Shown here: one piece after another, positions 40,181 through 53,900 of the stretch | Position numbering within the stretch: the stretch's first letter is position 1 | How the letters are laid out: every line of letters begins with the position of its first letter | Source of the DNA: Geosiphon pyriformis uo1 | Lineage: Eukaryota; Fungi; Glomeromycota | Assembly (NCBI GenBank): GCA_016748015.1 | Contig: JAAOMT010000222.1 | Location: 437,924-501,923 of the forward strand | Length of the DNA stretch: 64,000 bases | Reading direction: 5' to 3' | Translations under genes and position numbers: made by a program | The notes under the pieces: generated by a model | Database searches by the model: none | What the model was told of the DNA's origin: nothing | What the model saw: only the letters and a program-made list of their open reading frames with translations

Positions 40181-41152
40181 TGTTATCAGTGGAATTTTAA
40201 TTATTAATTAGCATAAAATTACTTTTATAATTTCTATTATTAATTAGCATATATTAATATTGTTTCAATTATTACTTGTTATTTTATTTAAATTATCAAA
40301 TATCATTATTTAATTAATAATCCAATTTGTACAATAGAAATTAAAATAATCAAATTACACAATATTCTAAACTATATAATATTTAAAAATTTACTAAAAT
40401 TTATAAAAAATTTGCCAAAATAATAAATAATATATCAAAATAATTAATAGTTTGTCAAAATAACTTGTAGCTTATTGAAATATATTTTTAGTTTGTTTAA
40501 TCATAGCAAAGAAAAAAGTTTAAGTTTATAGACTAGTACTACAACAAGTTATATAAAAAAAGAGCTTCTTTTTTAAGACAATATAGCTTATCTTTTCTTA
40601 AAATTATCTTATTTTAGATTTATTCTAATTAGTATAATACAAAAATAAAAATATACTTTAAAAACTCATTCTTAAAATAATTATACTTGACATTCTCGAA
40701 ATTCAATTAATGTTTTAAAATTGATTAGCTACTAATTTTAATAATATGTTAGCAATTTCAGATCTAAATAGAAAATGATTCTCTTAAAAAAATTCCAATT
40801 TTTTTGCATTTTTTTTATTTTTTTTTTCTTTTTTTATTATAATCATTAAGATAGTCTGCAGACAAAATTTCTGTAAAAAAGTTGATTTTTACAAGCAAAG
40901 TAACTACACATTTTAGTAAACTTTTAAATAAACAATTTCTGAGAAAGAATTGATTTTTACTACAAAGTAACTATATACAATAACCAGCATAAAATTGGCC
41001 ATTCTACTTATAAGCCCAGTAGTTTAAATTATAAGAGATAATTTAAAGATAAATTCAGTTATTGAAAGTTCAACTACTTCCAGAAAACGTGAATTTACAG
41101 AAAACAGGTATTAACAATATTTAAAAAATGAGACCAAAAATCTCTAATAATA
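40181..41152 (+). repeat. Gypsy-2 5' LTR
   Basis: Direct repeat of 49949-50921, differing mostly by transitions; starts TGTTATCAG. Confidence 0.92.
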
Positions 41153-44100
41153 TTTAATGCTCTTTTATAGATTAACACAACAATAACAATTTCTTCAAAA
41201 TAACAACTATATTAGACATAACAATTTTAAAGTACTATTAGTTAATTTACATCTACTATAAACAATAATTTGAAATCTCAAACAGAATTACAGCTTTTAA
41301 GAAAACACTTTTTTAGTATATTAAAAACCAAATCAATGATTATTTTTTTAGAAACTACAATATTACAGAAGTCAAGTAAAATCCTCTTGAAAACCTTATT
41401 TACTACTCAAATAGAAATACAAAAAATATTAGTCCTGACAATTGTGCTACTTATTTTAAAGAACAAGACTATAACATTATCCAGTTTTGCAAAAAAAAAT
41501 ATCCTGCTAATTTACAATTTATTTTTGAATTCGAATCAGAATTTAAAACAAGCAAAAAAAACAAAAAAAAAACACCTAACCAGTTTAAACAACATTCAAC
41601 ACACTAAAAACAACTTTTCAATATTTACAAACACCTAAACAAAAAATTAGTTCAAAATTATTACTTTTAATCACATCTTTTTCAGCTTTTTTTGCTTAAG
41701 TTTAAACACCAAATTTATTACTTAACTTTTTTCAAGACCAGAAAATTTTACAGCACTAAAAAGCCCAATACAACAGTCTAAACAAATCTTTATTAGTATT
41801 AATTTTCTTGATTTCTTACCAGAAAACCAAAACAATCACTCAGATAATACTGAAAATAATTTTGAATTTACAGAAAAAAAAACTACTAAAAACAAAGATA
41901 CAGAAAAAATAGCAACTGCCTACATTACAAAAATTACTGAATTTACTAAAGAAGATGTTAACACCAGTTTACAAAAATGGTTTAACAAAATCCAAAAAAC
42001 AAAAGATACAAACAAATAGAATACCATAAAAATACTTAAAGTTATTTTTTATTTTCTTTAAAAAAGTGTAAATAAATAATTTGAAAACTTAAATAAACTC
42101 TTTAGAATCTAACAAGCATTTAAAAAAGCTTTTTTAAAACAATTTACTGACAACAACACTTCTATTATCTTTTAAAACCAATTCCAAAACATTAAGCAAA
42201 AACCATCTGAATTTGTTATAACTTATTTTGAAAAATTCAATAAACTTCTTAGATGAATTTGAGAATTGAAAACCAACAACTACTATTCTAATGTCCAGAT
42301 TTTGAATCAATTTATTGCTAGACTAAAAAATAAACTTATTAAGAAAGTTTTTTTTACATGTTTTAACAGATTTAGCTACAGTTATTTGACATACAAAAAA
42401 CTATAAAATGGCTATAAAAAAAAGTAAATTTAACTATTGGAAAAACTAGTTTAGCAGTTGAAAAAAAAATTGATCAACTCACCAAAAAAATAAAAAACTA
42501 TTTTGCAAATTAACAACAACAGCAGTAACAACAAAGATACTAGTTATCACAATAATAAAATCAAAACAACTTCTTCTTATTATTATCCAACAATCAATTT
42601 CAAAACTGCTATTATTGTGAAATTTTAGAACATTGAAAACAAGATTATAGAAAATACAAAGAGATCAGCAAAACAGAAATAACCAATATTATTTCCAATT
42701 ATAGCCATTTTATTATCAACTTTTACCACTATTATATTATTTATTCAGATCTCAATATTAGACCAATTATTATCAATCTATTTTACAACCAATACAACAA
42801 CAATATCAATTATTGCCTATACAAAAATATTAAGTATCTGCTCAAAGATTAATTTAATTCAACTAATTTGCATTTCAAAACTAATTTACAACAAACAACA
42901 ACCAATTCAATCCCAACAACTAATTAGTTCTTTAAAATCCAGTTCAACAAGATCCAATTATTATCATACACAACTTAGCTATCTCACAATATTAGAAGAA
43001 TCAAATTTTTAGCAAATTGCATTTTTTAAAGGTAAAATTAAAGCAACAAGACAAAACTTTTTCAGTAATATCATTCTATAAGCCAAAATTACCCAAAATG
43101 CCAACCTGTCTAATATTTTTTTATTTGAATTTAAAACTAATGAATTGTTATTATTACATAGCAATGCAGTTATTATTAAACAAAAAGCAATTATATTAAT
43201 ATACATTAAAACTAAAGTTAAAAAAAAAACAATTTGATTAATCTTAAATAGTAGATCTACCAGAAGTATTATTATTTACCAATTAATAAAACAGCTACAA
43301 CAAAATATTAACAAATCTGCTCAAACAGTTATTATTATAACAGACAGCATAAAAAAGACTTCAGTAAAAAAAATTAACAACTTTTTATTCACAATCAATA
43401 GAATTATCATTCCAATTAAAGTTTTAGTAATGAATGCATCTTAATATTAAGCTTTTGTTAAAAACAATTGGCTTCTTAAGACTAATACAAATCTAAATTA
43501 AAAAACTTAAAAATTAAAGATTTTATATTAAAGACAATACACCAGAGTACCTATTACTTATAATACTTTCAACAAACAATTGAAAAAAACCTTTGTGTTT
43601 GAATCTAAAAAGAAAAAAAATGCCAATTATCAAAATCTATATGGTTCTTGAATTAATATTTAATTAGGTTAAGAAAACAGAACAAAAAATTTTTGAAGAA
43701 ACTAAAAAATAGAACATTGTTTACTATTCTAAACTGAAATTATAGAAACAATTATTGTATATTCTACTCAAATATAAAAACTACAACAAAAAGCTTTTGT
43801 CAATGAAAGCTTACATATTTTCAAAAAAAAATATGAGACATGTATTTGCTATTACTGTAAAACCTGCTACCAGAACCAATTTAAATACTCTAAACAAGTA
43901 GAAAATAAAACAACACCTTTTGTCTTATATATAAAAAAATATTATCAGAAAAATACAACTGAATTAATGTTGCAATGAAAAAAAAAGTCTGTAATTAAAT
44001 CTGCCAATATGCACTCTTAATTGCTGAAAAAATAAAAAAAAGAAACCTATTTAATGCTGTTTATAACAACATTCTTAACAAATTTTACTATTTTTCACAT

Positions 44101-44489
44101 AATACTAAAATAATCTATAAACTAGTCATAGTTTTAATTAATAGAAAAATCCAAAAAATGTTTACCAAATAAAAAAAGCTGAATATATTGAATAAATCTT
44201 TGAAATTGCTGAATATAACTATGAGAATGAAGTTGAAACCTATTACCAAATCACAAGTCACACTTACCCAACCCAAAAAGCTTAAATTTAATAATTAGAG
44301 CAAATAAGTATTTAATTGTGCAAAAAATACATCATGTTTTGTAATAACAAATGATATTTAGAATATTATGCTCTTAGTATTTCTTTGTCCAGTAAAAACA
44401 ACAAATATTAAATCAAATTTAGAGAATTTAAACCAGAAAAAAAAATTGCAATAATCTTAATATATCTTACTAAAAATCAGCTTATTATA

Positions 44490-44925
44490 TAACTTAAATA
44501 TTTTAACAATAATGATCAAGAAATTAAATCAGAAAAAGTCTATAAAATCGATGCAAAATATGATCTATAATATTTTGGCAAAGACACTTTGGTTTTCTAA
44601 CCAAAATTTTTAACAAAAATCAATCTCAAAATTGCTCTTGAAATTTCATTAGGAACAATAATTTAAATTGCTTTTCAATTATTATTGGCAAGCAAAAAAA
44701 CCAACATTAAAAGAAAAATTATAAATATAGGATATACAGAAAACATTACAGTTATGTTACAAAATAAAACTAAAAAACTATTTAAGATCAAGCATACTGA
44801 AAAAATTGCCCAAGCAATTTATTTACTTTTAATTAATAGTTCAAGTTTATAATTAGTCAATCAAAAAAAACAATTAGGCAAAAATGATAGAGAAATCCAA
44901 GATTTTGATTCAATTGGACGATTTA
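44490..44925 (+). pseudogene. dUTPase domain inside gypsy-2 pol
   Basis: DAKYDL (AGYDL, motif 1), IAFQLLLASK (RSSLA, motif 2), IINIGYTENI (GVIDxGYxG, motif 3), EKIAQAI (motif 4) and REIQDFDSIG (RGxxGFGSTG, motif 5) occur in canonical order. Confidence 0.85.
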
Positions 44926-45399
44926 CAATTTCAATAAACATAATTTTTAATGCACAGAATAAATCTTACCAGATTTTTAACTTCTTTAACCAATAATTAT
45001 ATTATCTTTCAGAAAATATCATGAAATTTACACTTGTCCAAAATCAACTATTATTCAACAAATTTTTAAGTCAAATAAACAAATCTGTTTAAAGCATAAA
45101 ATTTCAATCTTAAATGTGTATATTCCAAAAAAAATAAAGAAATTTCAGGTTACTTTTTACAATTTCAACAAACATTTTATCATTTTATTAAATAAATTAG
45201 AAATTAGAATTATACATAGCAATATCTTCCAAAATAAAATCTCTTAAACTGTTTTTAATTTTATTGAAATTGTAAAACACACCTTTTTCTCAAATCTAAA
45301 TATTCTGCCAACTACTAAAAACTACTATTTTATTAAAGAAAAACTTTCTCAGATCAACATAAGTTCTTTGAAATTCTAACAACAAAAATAATTGAAACA

Positions 45400-46760
45400 G
45401 TTAATTACCAAATATGCTGATATATTTGCCAAAAATAACAATAATTTCAGAAAAACAAATATTATGTAGTATTAAATTTATATAAAAAAGATTCCGTCAA
45501 AATGCCAACAAGTTTATCAGATTCCATTTACCAGTCACCAATTTATTAGAAAAAAGGTCCAAAAAATACTTAACAATAGACTGATTCAACTATTAAAAAG
45601 TTTTTGGGTCTTATTAGTAATCTTGTTAAAAAAAAATAGGAAAATCAGATTTTGTATAAACTATTATTAACTAAATAATATCACAATCAAAAATATTTAT
45701 TTACTATTAAGAATTGATAACATGCTAAATACACTAGAAAAAGCTAAATTTTTCTCAACTTTAGACTTAGAAAATAAATACTGGCAAGTCAAAATAGATT
45801 TTAAAAACCATTTCAAAACAGCATTTATTATATATATAAAAAACTATGAGTTTAATATTATGTTATTTGAACTTTGTAATACAGCAGCAATATTTTAAAG
45901 ACTAATAGATATTGTTTATAAAAGATTTTTATAATAATTAGTAGTTGTCTATTTTGATAATACTAATGTATATTCTTCAAGTTTTAAAGCTTATTTAATA
46001 CATCTGTAAAAAGTTTTTCAATTATTACAAAAAACAGAATTGAAATTAAACATTAAAAAATATCATTTTAAAAAAAACAAGTTTAATTTTTCTTGAACAT
46101 ATTATTAGTAAAGATGAAATTCAATTCAATTCAGAAACAATTAGTGCTATTAAAAACTTTCAAGTTTCTTATAATACCACAAAACTAAAAGAATTCATCA
46201 AATTAGTCTTCTATTACTGAAAATTTATTAAAAAATTTTCTAAAATTACCAAACCACTTAACCATCTAATCAACAAAAATATTAAATATTAATAAACACA
46301 AACTCAACAACAAACATTCAACATTCTCAAAAAAAGACTTATTACTGCTCCAATTCTTGCCTATTTTAACTTTAATAAAAGATTTTAATTAACCACTGAT
46401 GCTTTATATACAGTTTTTGGTGCCATCTTATTACAATTAAACAACAATGATAATAAACAAATAATTACATATACCAATAAAACACTTAAGTCAACAGAAC
46501 TTAAATATGACTTAACTGAATTAAAAACAGCAGCTGTTATTTAGACTTTTAAACACTTTTAGCAATACTTTAGAAATAAACTTTAATTTAACATTATTAT
46601 TAATAATATTGGTTTCAAATAACTTAACAAGAAAAGCTTTAAACTTAATACAAAACAATCTTAATAAACTAATTTTTTAGCTAATTACAAATACCTTATG
46701 CATTACAAACCAAAAAAATTACACACAAACATTGATAGCTTTTCCAAAATGAGACAAAAT
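45400..46760 (+). pseudogene. Gypsy-2 reverse transcriptase and RNase H
   Basis: IRFCINYY*LN, FSTLDLENKYWQV, KTAFI, YEFNIMLFELCN, VVYFDN, F*LTTDAL..FGAIL. Confidence 0.85.
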
Positions 46761-47769
46761 TAGAACTCATATTAATAATCTAACAACTTAACAACCAAAT
46801 TTGTAATAAAACAATGAATTCTAAAAACTACAACAATATCAAAAACTATTTAAAGACTTTTAACATATTGAAAAATTAGTCTTTTATTGAAAAACATTGA
46901 TTACAAAATCAAACAAAGCAATACTTTATTTATTACAACAAAAATCTATTACCAAAATTGCAAAAATTCAACAAATTTATTCAAATTAGTTTAATCAAAT
47001 AAAAAAAAACTATCTTATACAACATATACACAAATTTTTTATTAACATACTTAGAAAAAGATGATACAATCTAAAAAACACTTGAATATTATTTCTGATC
47101 ATAAATGTACTAAAACATTTGACAATATATAGAATTATGTGATAATTGTTAAAGAAGAGAAAAAACTTGCTTTATTGAATATTTAAATTCAATTAAAGTT
47201 AAACAATCTTTTAACAAAATAAGAATTAATTTAATTAAACCACTACATATCACAACTCAAAGAAACTATTATATTGCAGTTATAATAGATTATCTTACCA
47301 AATGGCCTAAAACCAAAGCCATTCAAAAAACAGATGCAAAATCAATAGCAAGTTTTATCTATAAAAACATTATTTGTAGATATGAATGTCTAATTAAATT
47401 CTTATCTAATCAAAAAACACACTTTGTAAACAACTTAATACAAGAAATTTGTAAATGATTTAATATTAAATAATTTCTATTATTACTATATTATCCACAA
47501 ACAAATAAATTAATAGAATGTTTCAACCAAATATTGTGTAAGTTATTAACCAAAGTCTCAACCAATTTTGAGCAAAAATAGAATATTTTTATTTCTATTA
47601 GTGTTACTAGCATATAGAATACTAAAACAAAATACAACAAAGCACACATTATTTGATTTAACTTATAGAAAAACAGCAATATTATTAATCAATTTTACTA
47701 TAAAAACATATTTAGTACAACCTATTATTAAAGAAAACTTTTAAGAAACACTTCAATAAAGAGTTTGTA

Positions 47770-47804
47770 TTTGGGTTTCGCTCATTAAATAATAATAATA
47801 AAAA
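47770..47804 (+). mobile_element. Ultra-short (~35 nt) LINE 3'-end insertion
   Basis: TTTGGGTTTCGCTCATTAAAT plus an (AAT)n/A tail matches LINE 3' termini. Flanked by AAAGAGTTTGTA (47758-47769) and AAAGAGTCTATA (47805-47816). Confidence 0.75.
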
Positions 47805-48111
47805 AAAGAGTCTATACTTTTTTTAATACATTGAAAAAAAATAACAAATTACAGCCAATCATATTAAATACTCTTAAACTTAACAAAAAGAACAGCATAA
47901 CAATAAATTATCATCAGTTATTAATAAATTTAAAGTTGGAAATAAAGTTTTTTTACATAAAACTAAGACTAAAAAACAATGAAATAGAAAATTTGAACAT
48001 AAATAGAATGGACTATTTTATATTTATGAAATTTTAGGCAATAAATTATATAAGTTAAAACTTAATAACAAAGTTCTAATCAAAGTTGTACATATAGATT
48101 AATTAAAGCAC

Positions 48112-48966
48112 TATTATGGAATGGTTTTCTTGGTTATTTTAATTACTAATATTTTGTTTTAATTGTAATTAGTTTCTTATGAATTCTTCAATTCTATTTG
48201 TGTGATAATGTCACTGCTATACTAAAGACTTTTTTTTTAATGTTATAATGTAAGTTATTTCTCAATTTTTGATTGTTATATGTGTTTATGTACTCTTTCT
48301 TAAAGGCTGAACTGAAATTTACTCACTGTTTGGAGTTTTCTTTAAGGTTATTTTTACAATTGCCTAATGTGTTTCTCTAATTTAGAAACATGAAATATTA
48401 ATGGCCTTTAGTGTTTTTCTTAATTTTTACAATAAAGCTTTTATTAATTAGTAATAACATAAATAATCTTGATCAAAGATTATTCTTTTAAGGGATTTAG
48501 CTGATAAATGATAATTTCATTCAATAAATAATACAAGTAAATTTCTTAATACTTTGGGTTATAATTATTTAGTTTTCAATATTTTTTTTTATTTCTTTTT
48601 GATTAAAAATTTTTGTAGATATTTATTTTAAAAGTAAAAACTAAAAAATAATTAAAGTAAAACTGTTGGATGAATTGTTTGATAATTTGTTTTTATGATT
48701 TGTTTTATACCTTGTTATTTTTTTTAATATTAAAACTACTATATATATACATGTTTGTAGTTCTATAAAAAACACATTGTAATACTTTTTTGTTGGTATT
48801 TTAATCTGGTGTTTACTGTTATTACCAATTGGTATTGACTGCTATTGTAAGCTAATGCTTATTTCTATATTAATTATTACCTTTTTAGGAATTATTACTG
48901 TACTATATTATGATTAGATAATTTATATTATTTTATGATTCTTTGCTAAATTTTTGAATTGTAACA
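48112..48966 (-). repeat. Solo LTR of family 3
   Basis: Termini TATTAT (from TGTTAC) and TGTAACA. Perfect TSD GCAC at 48108-48111 and 48967-48970. Homologous to 63839-64000 and, inverted, to 6930-7543. Confidence 0.88.
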
Positions 48967-49948
48967 GCACTATTATTCCAGAAACAATCTTAAATTATTA
49001 ATTCTACAAATTAGTACACATTTTTTTTTAATTAATTTTAAAGATATTCTCTGATATTTAAAACCAATAATTATAATAAAATAAAACCAAATTTAAACAT
49101 TTAATTTATTATTATCATAATAATTTTTTTAATAATACACAAATGAAAAAACAAAAATAGTAAATAATTACAAAAAAAACCCAAAACCAAAAATATATAA
49201 AAATTTTATATTCAAAATATTTTTTTATTTTTCAAATTTTATTTTTAATTTATTACTTTTATTATAATTATCCTTTGAAACATTTAACAACTGTTCTAAA
49301 AACTAATATTAATGTTAAAAACATTCTCTAACTTATTTATAACAATTAATAAAAGTCAAATTAATTACACTTAAAGAGAAATTACAATTTTGGCAATAAA
49401 TAATTCCCAGATATATCACTTTTATAGAAGAAACACAAAAAGTTATTCTGAAAGTTAATTATCAAAACTTTTGAAGCAAACTTTAAAAGAAAACTTATTG
49501 TTTATATTTATTGATATTTCTCTAAATGTTATGATACAACAAAAACTTCAAATATATCTTAATAAAAGCAGTAAATATATCCTTAATTATTAATATTTCC
49601 AAATTAAAAAAACACTGTACTAATAAAAACTAGAACTTGAAGCACTTAATCTTACTTTTGAAATTATACAAAAGTAAATACACAATAAATTCAAAACAAT
49701 AGCCAGATCAACAAATGTTTGCTATAGACTTAGAGCAACTTTTAAACTTCACAACTTATTTAATACATGTAAAAACGTTCTACAAAATTTAATACTTTAA
49801 CCAATAAAGATTCAATATATTGGCAAGTTTACAGAACTGAAATCTCAATAATTTTTGAACCAAATCACTTTAATAATTTTGAATCACTATTTCAAAATTA
49901 CAAATAATGCTTAAACTTCAATAAAGCTTAGTTTTAAAGAGAAAATTA

Positions 49949-50921
49949 TATTACCAATAGAATTTTAGCCATTAATTAACATAAAATTACTTTTATAATT
50001 TTTATTGTTAATTAATATATATTAATATTATTTTAATTATTATTTATTATTTTAATCAAATTATCAAATATTACTATTTAATTAATAACCCTATTTGTAT
50101 AATAGAAATTAAGATAATCAAATTACACAATACTCTAAACTATGTAATATTCAAAAATTTGCTGAAATTTGTAAGAAATTTGCTAAAATAATAGATAATA
50201 CACTGAAATAATTAATAGTTTATTAAAATAACTTGTAGTTTATTGAAATTTATCTTTAGTTTGTCTAAATTATAGCAAAAAAAAAGTTCAAGTTCATAAA
50301 CTAGTATTATAACAAGTTGTATAAAAAAAAAACTTCTCTTTTTAAGAAAATATAACTTATCTTCTCTTAAAATTATCTTACTTTAAATTCATTCTAATTA
50401 ATACAATACAAAAATAAAAATATATTTTGAAAACTTATTTTTGAAATAATTACATTTGACATTTCCAAAATTCAATTAATGTTTTGAAATTGACTAACTA
50501 CCAATTTTAGTAATATGTTAGCAATTTCAGATCTAAATAAAAAATAATTTCCTTAACAAAATTCTAATTTTTTTTATATTTTTTATATTTTTTTTTTTTT
50601 TCTTATTATAATTATTAAGATAATCTACAAACAAAATTTCTGTAAAAAAGTTAACTTTCACAAGCAAAGTAACTACATATTTTAGTAAGCTTCTAAACAA
50701 ATAATTTCTAAAAAAAAGTTGACTTTTACTACAAAATAACTATACATAATAACTGGCATAAAATTAGTCATTTTATTTATAAGTTCAGCAGTTCAAATTA
50801 TAAAAAATAATTTGAAGATAAATTCAGTTATTAGAGATTTAACTACTTCCAGAAAATGTGAATTCACAAAAAACAGATATTAACAATATTTAAGAAAAGA
50901 AACCAAAAATTTTCAGTAATA
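49949..50921 (+). repeat. Gypsy-2 3' LTR
   Basis: Direct repeat of 40181-41152; ends CAGTAATA (from GTAACA). Confidence 0.92.
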
Positions 50922-53900
50922 TTGTGGTAGAATTCTAATTAAACAATTATTAACTCAATTTAAAAAATTTTATAAATCTCACAAGATGTTAAAATCTAAG
51001 ACAGTTGAGAATTTTTATATTAGAGCTGCTATTATTAAACACATAGAAACTTTTATTAATAACAAGAGTCAAATGATAAAAAACAGCTGGAAAAATTATA
51101 CTAAATTATTTGGTTAATAATAATAATCTAGTTTTAGAACCCAATTTGGTTAAAAGCAGAATTGATTTAATCATAAAAAATTGAACCAAAAAATATGTTG
51201 TTAATAATACTGTTTTTTTTTCATTGGCAAAAGCAATTTGCACTTTTTGACTATATTAAAAATAGAGCATTTTCTGGTATTATAGAGTCCATTAATCTTG
51301 ATAAATTTATGTTAGTAGTTAAAAATATTTCTAATAGAAAAGCTGTTAAACTGTTTGGTATCTCTAATAAGATGTAAAAGCATTATAATAAAGACATTTT
51401 GGATTTTTTTTTGTGTTTACTCAACTTGTATTTAGTAACAGAATTTGTTTCTAATGTTTAAAAGAAAGCTTGAATATTAATGATTTCAAAGTCTTATGAA
51501 TAAGAAAGTGTTTTGACAAATACCAAACTAATTGCTCTTATTAAGACTACAAAAAAAAAATTTTCAAAGATTTTGTCTGAGTGTATATCTAAAGCTTGCA
51601 ATAAGCATAGCATTCTGCAAAGTAACAATTTTTTAGTTCTAAAAGACATTTTAATTTAGTTTCTTATTTTTGCTATTGGGTTAGTTATAAAAAATATTTA
51701 AAAAAAAAAACAAAAAGATCTAATTGGTGCTTCAAAATATATGAAAAATTTATGACTTAGTAAACTGATCACATTTGGAAAAAAATCTAAGAAGAATTAA
51801 AATATGTGCCAAATTTATTAGGTTTTTTGGTTATATCTATAATGATCATAATAATAAAATAATAACAGATTTCAGTTTGTTTAATAATTACATGGTTTAT
51901 AATAGACTGGATTAGAGCAAAGTTTTTTGGTCTTTCTTTTAAAGAATCTTTTATAACTTTTTTTTGTGTAAAGTAAAGAAGCATAATTCAATTTTTAAAT
52001 ACCATATGGATTTTAATTTTGTTACTAAAACTGACAGAATTGAATCTAATGCAGATTTAACTTTTTACTTAACTGTTGATGTTTTTGTAAATAATACAAT
52101 TTGAATTGGCAATTGTTATACAACAACACAAAATATGTTAAACATTGCTAATAAGTTTTTTGATATCATAGACATCTCAATAAATACAAAAAAAATAATA
52201 ATTATTCCAATAAATTTAAGATCTAATAGTGCTTCTTTGAATATAAGTAGTTCTTTTATTTCAATTGCAAAAACTGATAAATCTCATTGGTATTTGAGCA
52301 TCTTTTTATTAACTAAAAGCTTCTCTAATTTAAATATAAAAAAAACAAACTTAGACATAAAGTTTTTTTTATCAATAATATTGTACAAAGCTATATTAAT
52401 AAACAATTTTCTTATTTAGTCTTAACAGTTTTACAGAAAATTATTGGATATAAGACTTAGTTTAGCTTTGTTAATAAGAGTACATACAACAAATAAGACT
52501 GTTTGATCAAAAAAAATTTGAAAGCCAAGACCAATTTTCCAAATAACTTTTTAATAAGGCTGTATATTACTTGTCTTTGTACAATTTGAGACTTTTTAAT
52601 CAAATTTAGATGAAAAGAAAAATAATTTTAATTATGAATTTTGTCAATAAAAATAGTATTTTGGGTTAGTTTTTTTGACATAAGTTGCTAAATTTGCAGG
52701 TGTTAAAATAAGTTTCTTAGAACTCTCTTTAATTTTTTGTTAAACTAAAAATAAATTTAGTAAACAATTTTTTTGTTGACATTACTCAAATTTTTTTATA
52801 CAATAAAATTTTTTTGGCTAATAATTTGCCTAATGCTTTTTATTTCAAAAATAGGATCTTTGTTTTAAATGTCATAGACCAGATAAAATATTTTCAGATT
52901 TATAGATCTCTTAAGTATTTTGGTATAATTTTTGCAGATCAATTTTTGAATAGTTATAAAGAGTATTTTTTTTAAAAAAACTTCTATTTTTAAAAACAGT
53001 TAGATCTCAAGAATCCAATTTTTTTTTGGTTTGCACAAATTTCAGAATTTGTTAAAAATAATGGTCTGGCTCAAAAACTTTTGTCAGTTTCTGTATTCTG
53101 TTTCAAAATATGTGTGTCTAATATAAATAACTTTAGTATTATTCAATCTTGTTTAAAGAATATGTCTCTGCCCAAGATTTTAATATATACTGATGGTTTT
53201 GTTAAAAGCTTTGGTTCTTTTAGTGCAATTGGTAATACTACTGCTTATTTTTTTGATCTGGATTTGGGTGTAAAAATGGAGGTTTACAGTTTACTGCCAT
53301 TAATTTTGGTTAAAATACAGACTATAATGTTGGTTCTTAAATGTGTTTTAGCTTTCTTTAATGTAATAATTTTTTCCAACAATCAAATATCTATAGATAC
53401 ATATTAGACTAAATTAAAATTGGAGACACTTGACTTTTATAATAAGTGTTAAATTAAATGGCATTATATTAACAACTTAATTAAAAATAAAGATATTTCT
53501 GTAAACTAAACTAAAGTAAAAAACCACTCTAATATTTTAAACAATAAGTTTACTAATAGACTAATTGATTAGACTGTATATTTAAGACTTGTTTTTCTAA
53601 TAAACATTAAAGAAAATTTTTTGCTGGTTAATAATAAAGTGGTGTCTAATAATATTCAGCATTTTATTAAGACAATATATAACACTATAAGGCATTTTTA
53701 ATGAGAAATTGGATCTGGTTTCAATGTTGTAAATTTTTTATGAGTTAAAACATTAATTGAAAGCTTATTGCTTTAGTTTAACATTTTAATTTTCACATAG
53801 TGGCTGAATACATAAATAAACTAATTGTTAACTTACATATATACTTGATAAAAGCACTTTATAAAAAGTTATTAATAACAGTTAGAAAGCATTTATATGA

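Larger units (their letters stand above)
47020..49010 (+). pseudogene. Gypsy-2 integrase, interrupted by a LINE stub and a solo LTR
   Basis: Decayed HHCC; IRINLIKPL, IDYLTKWP, LSNQKTHF and YYPQTNKLIE (DDE core); VVHID*LKH|YYSR rejoins across the solo LTR. Confidence 0.8.
40181..50921 (+). mobile_element. Gypsy-2: complete but mutated LTR retrotransposon (gag, PR, Cys-rich domain, dUTPase, RT, RH, IN, extra 3' ORF)
   Basis: Direct LTRs at 40181-41152 and 49949-50921. PBS-like TTTAATGCTCT at 41153; PPT AAAGAGAAAA at ~49936. TSD TTAT/TTGT. Gag knuckle CYYCEILEH*KQDY at ~42607; LILNSRST at ~43240; YFDN at ~45950. Confidence 0.92.
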
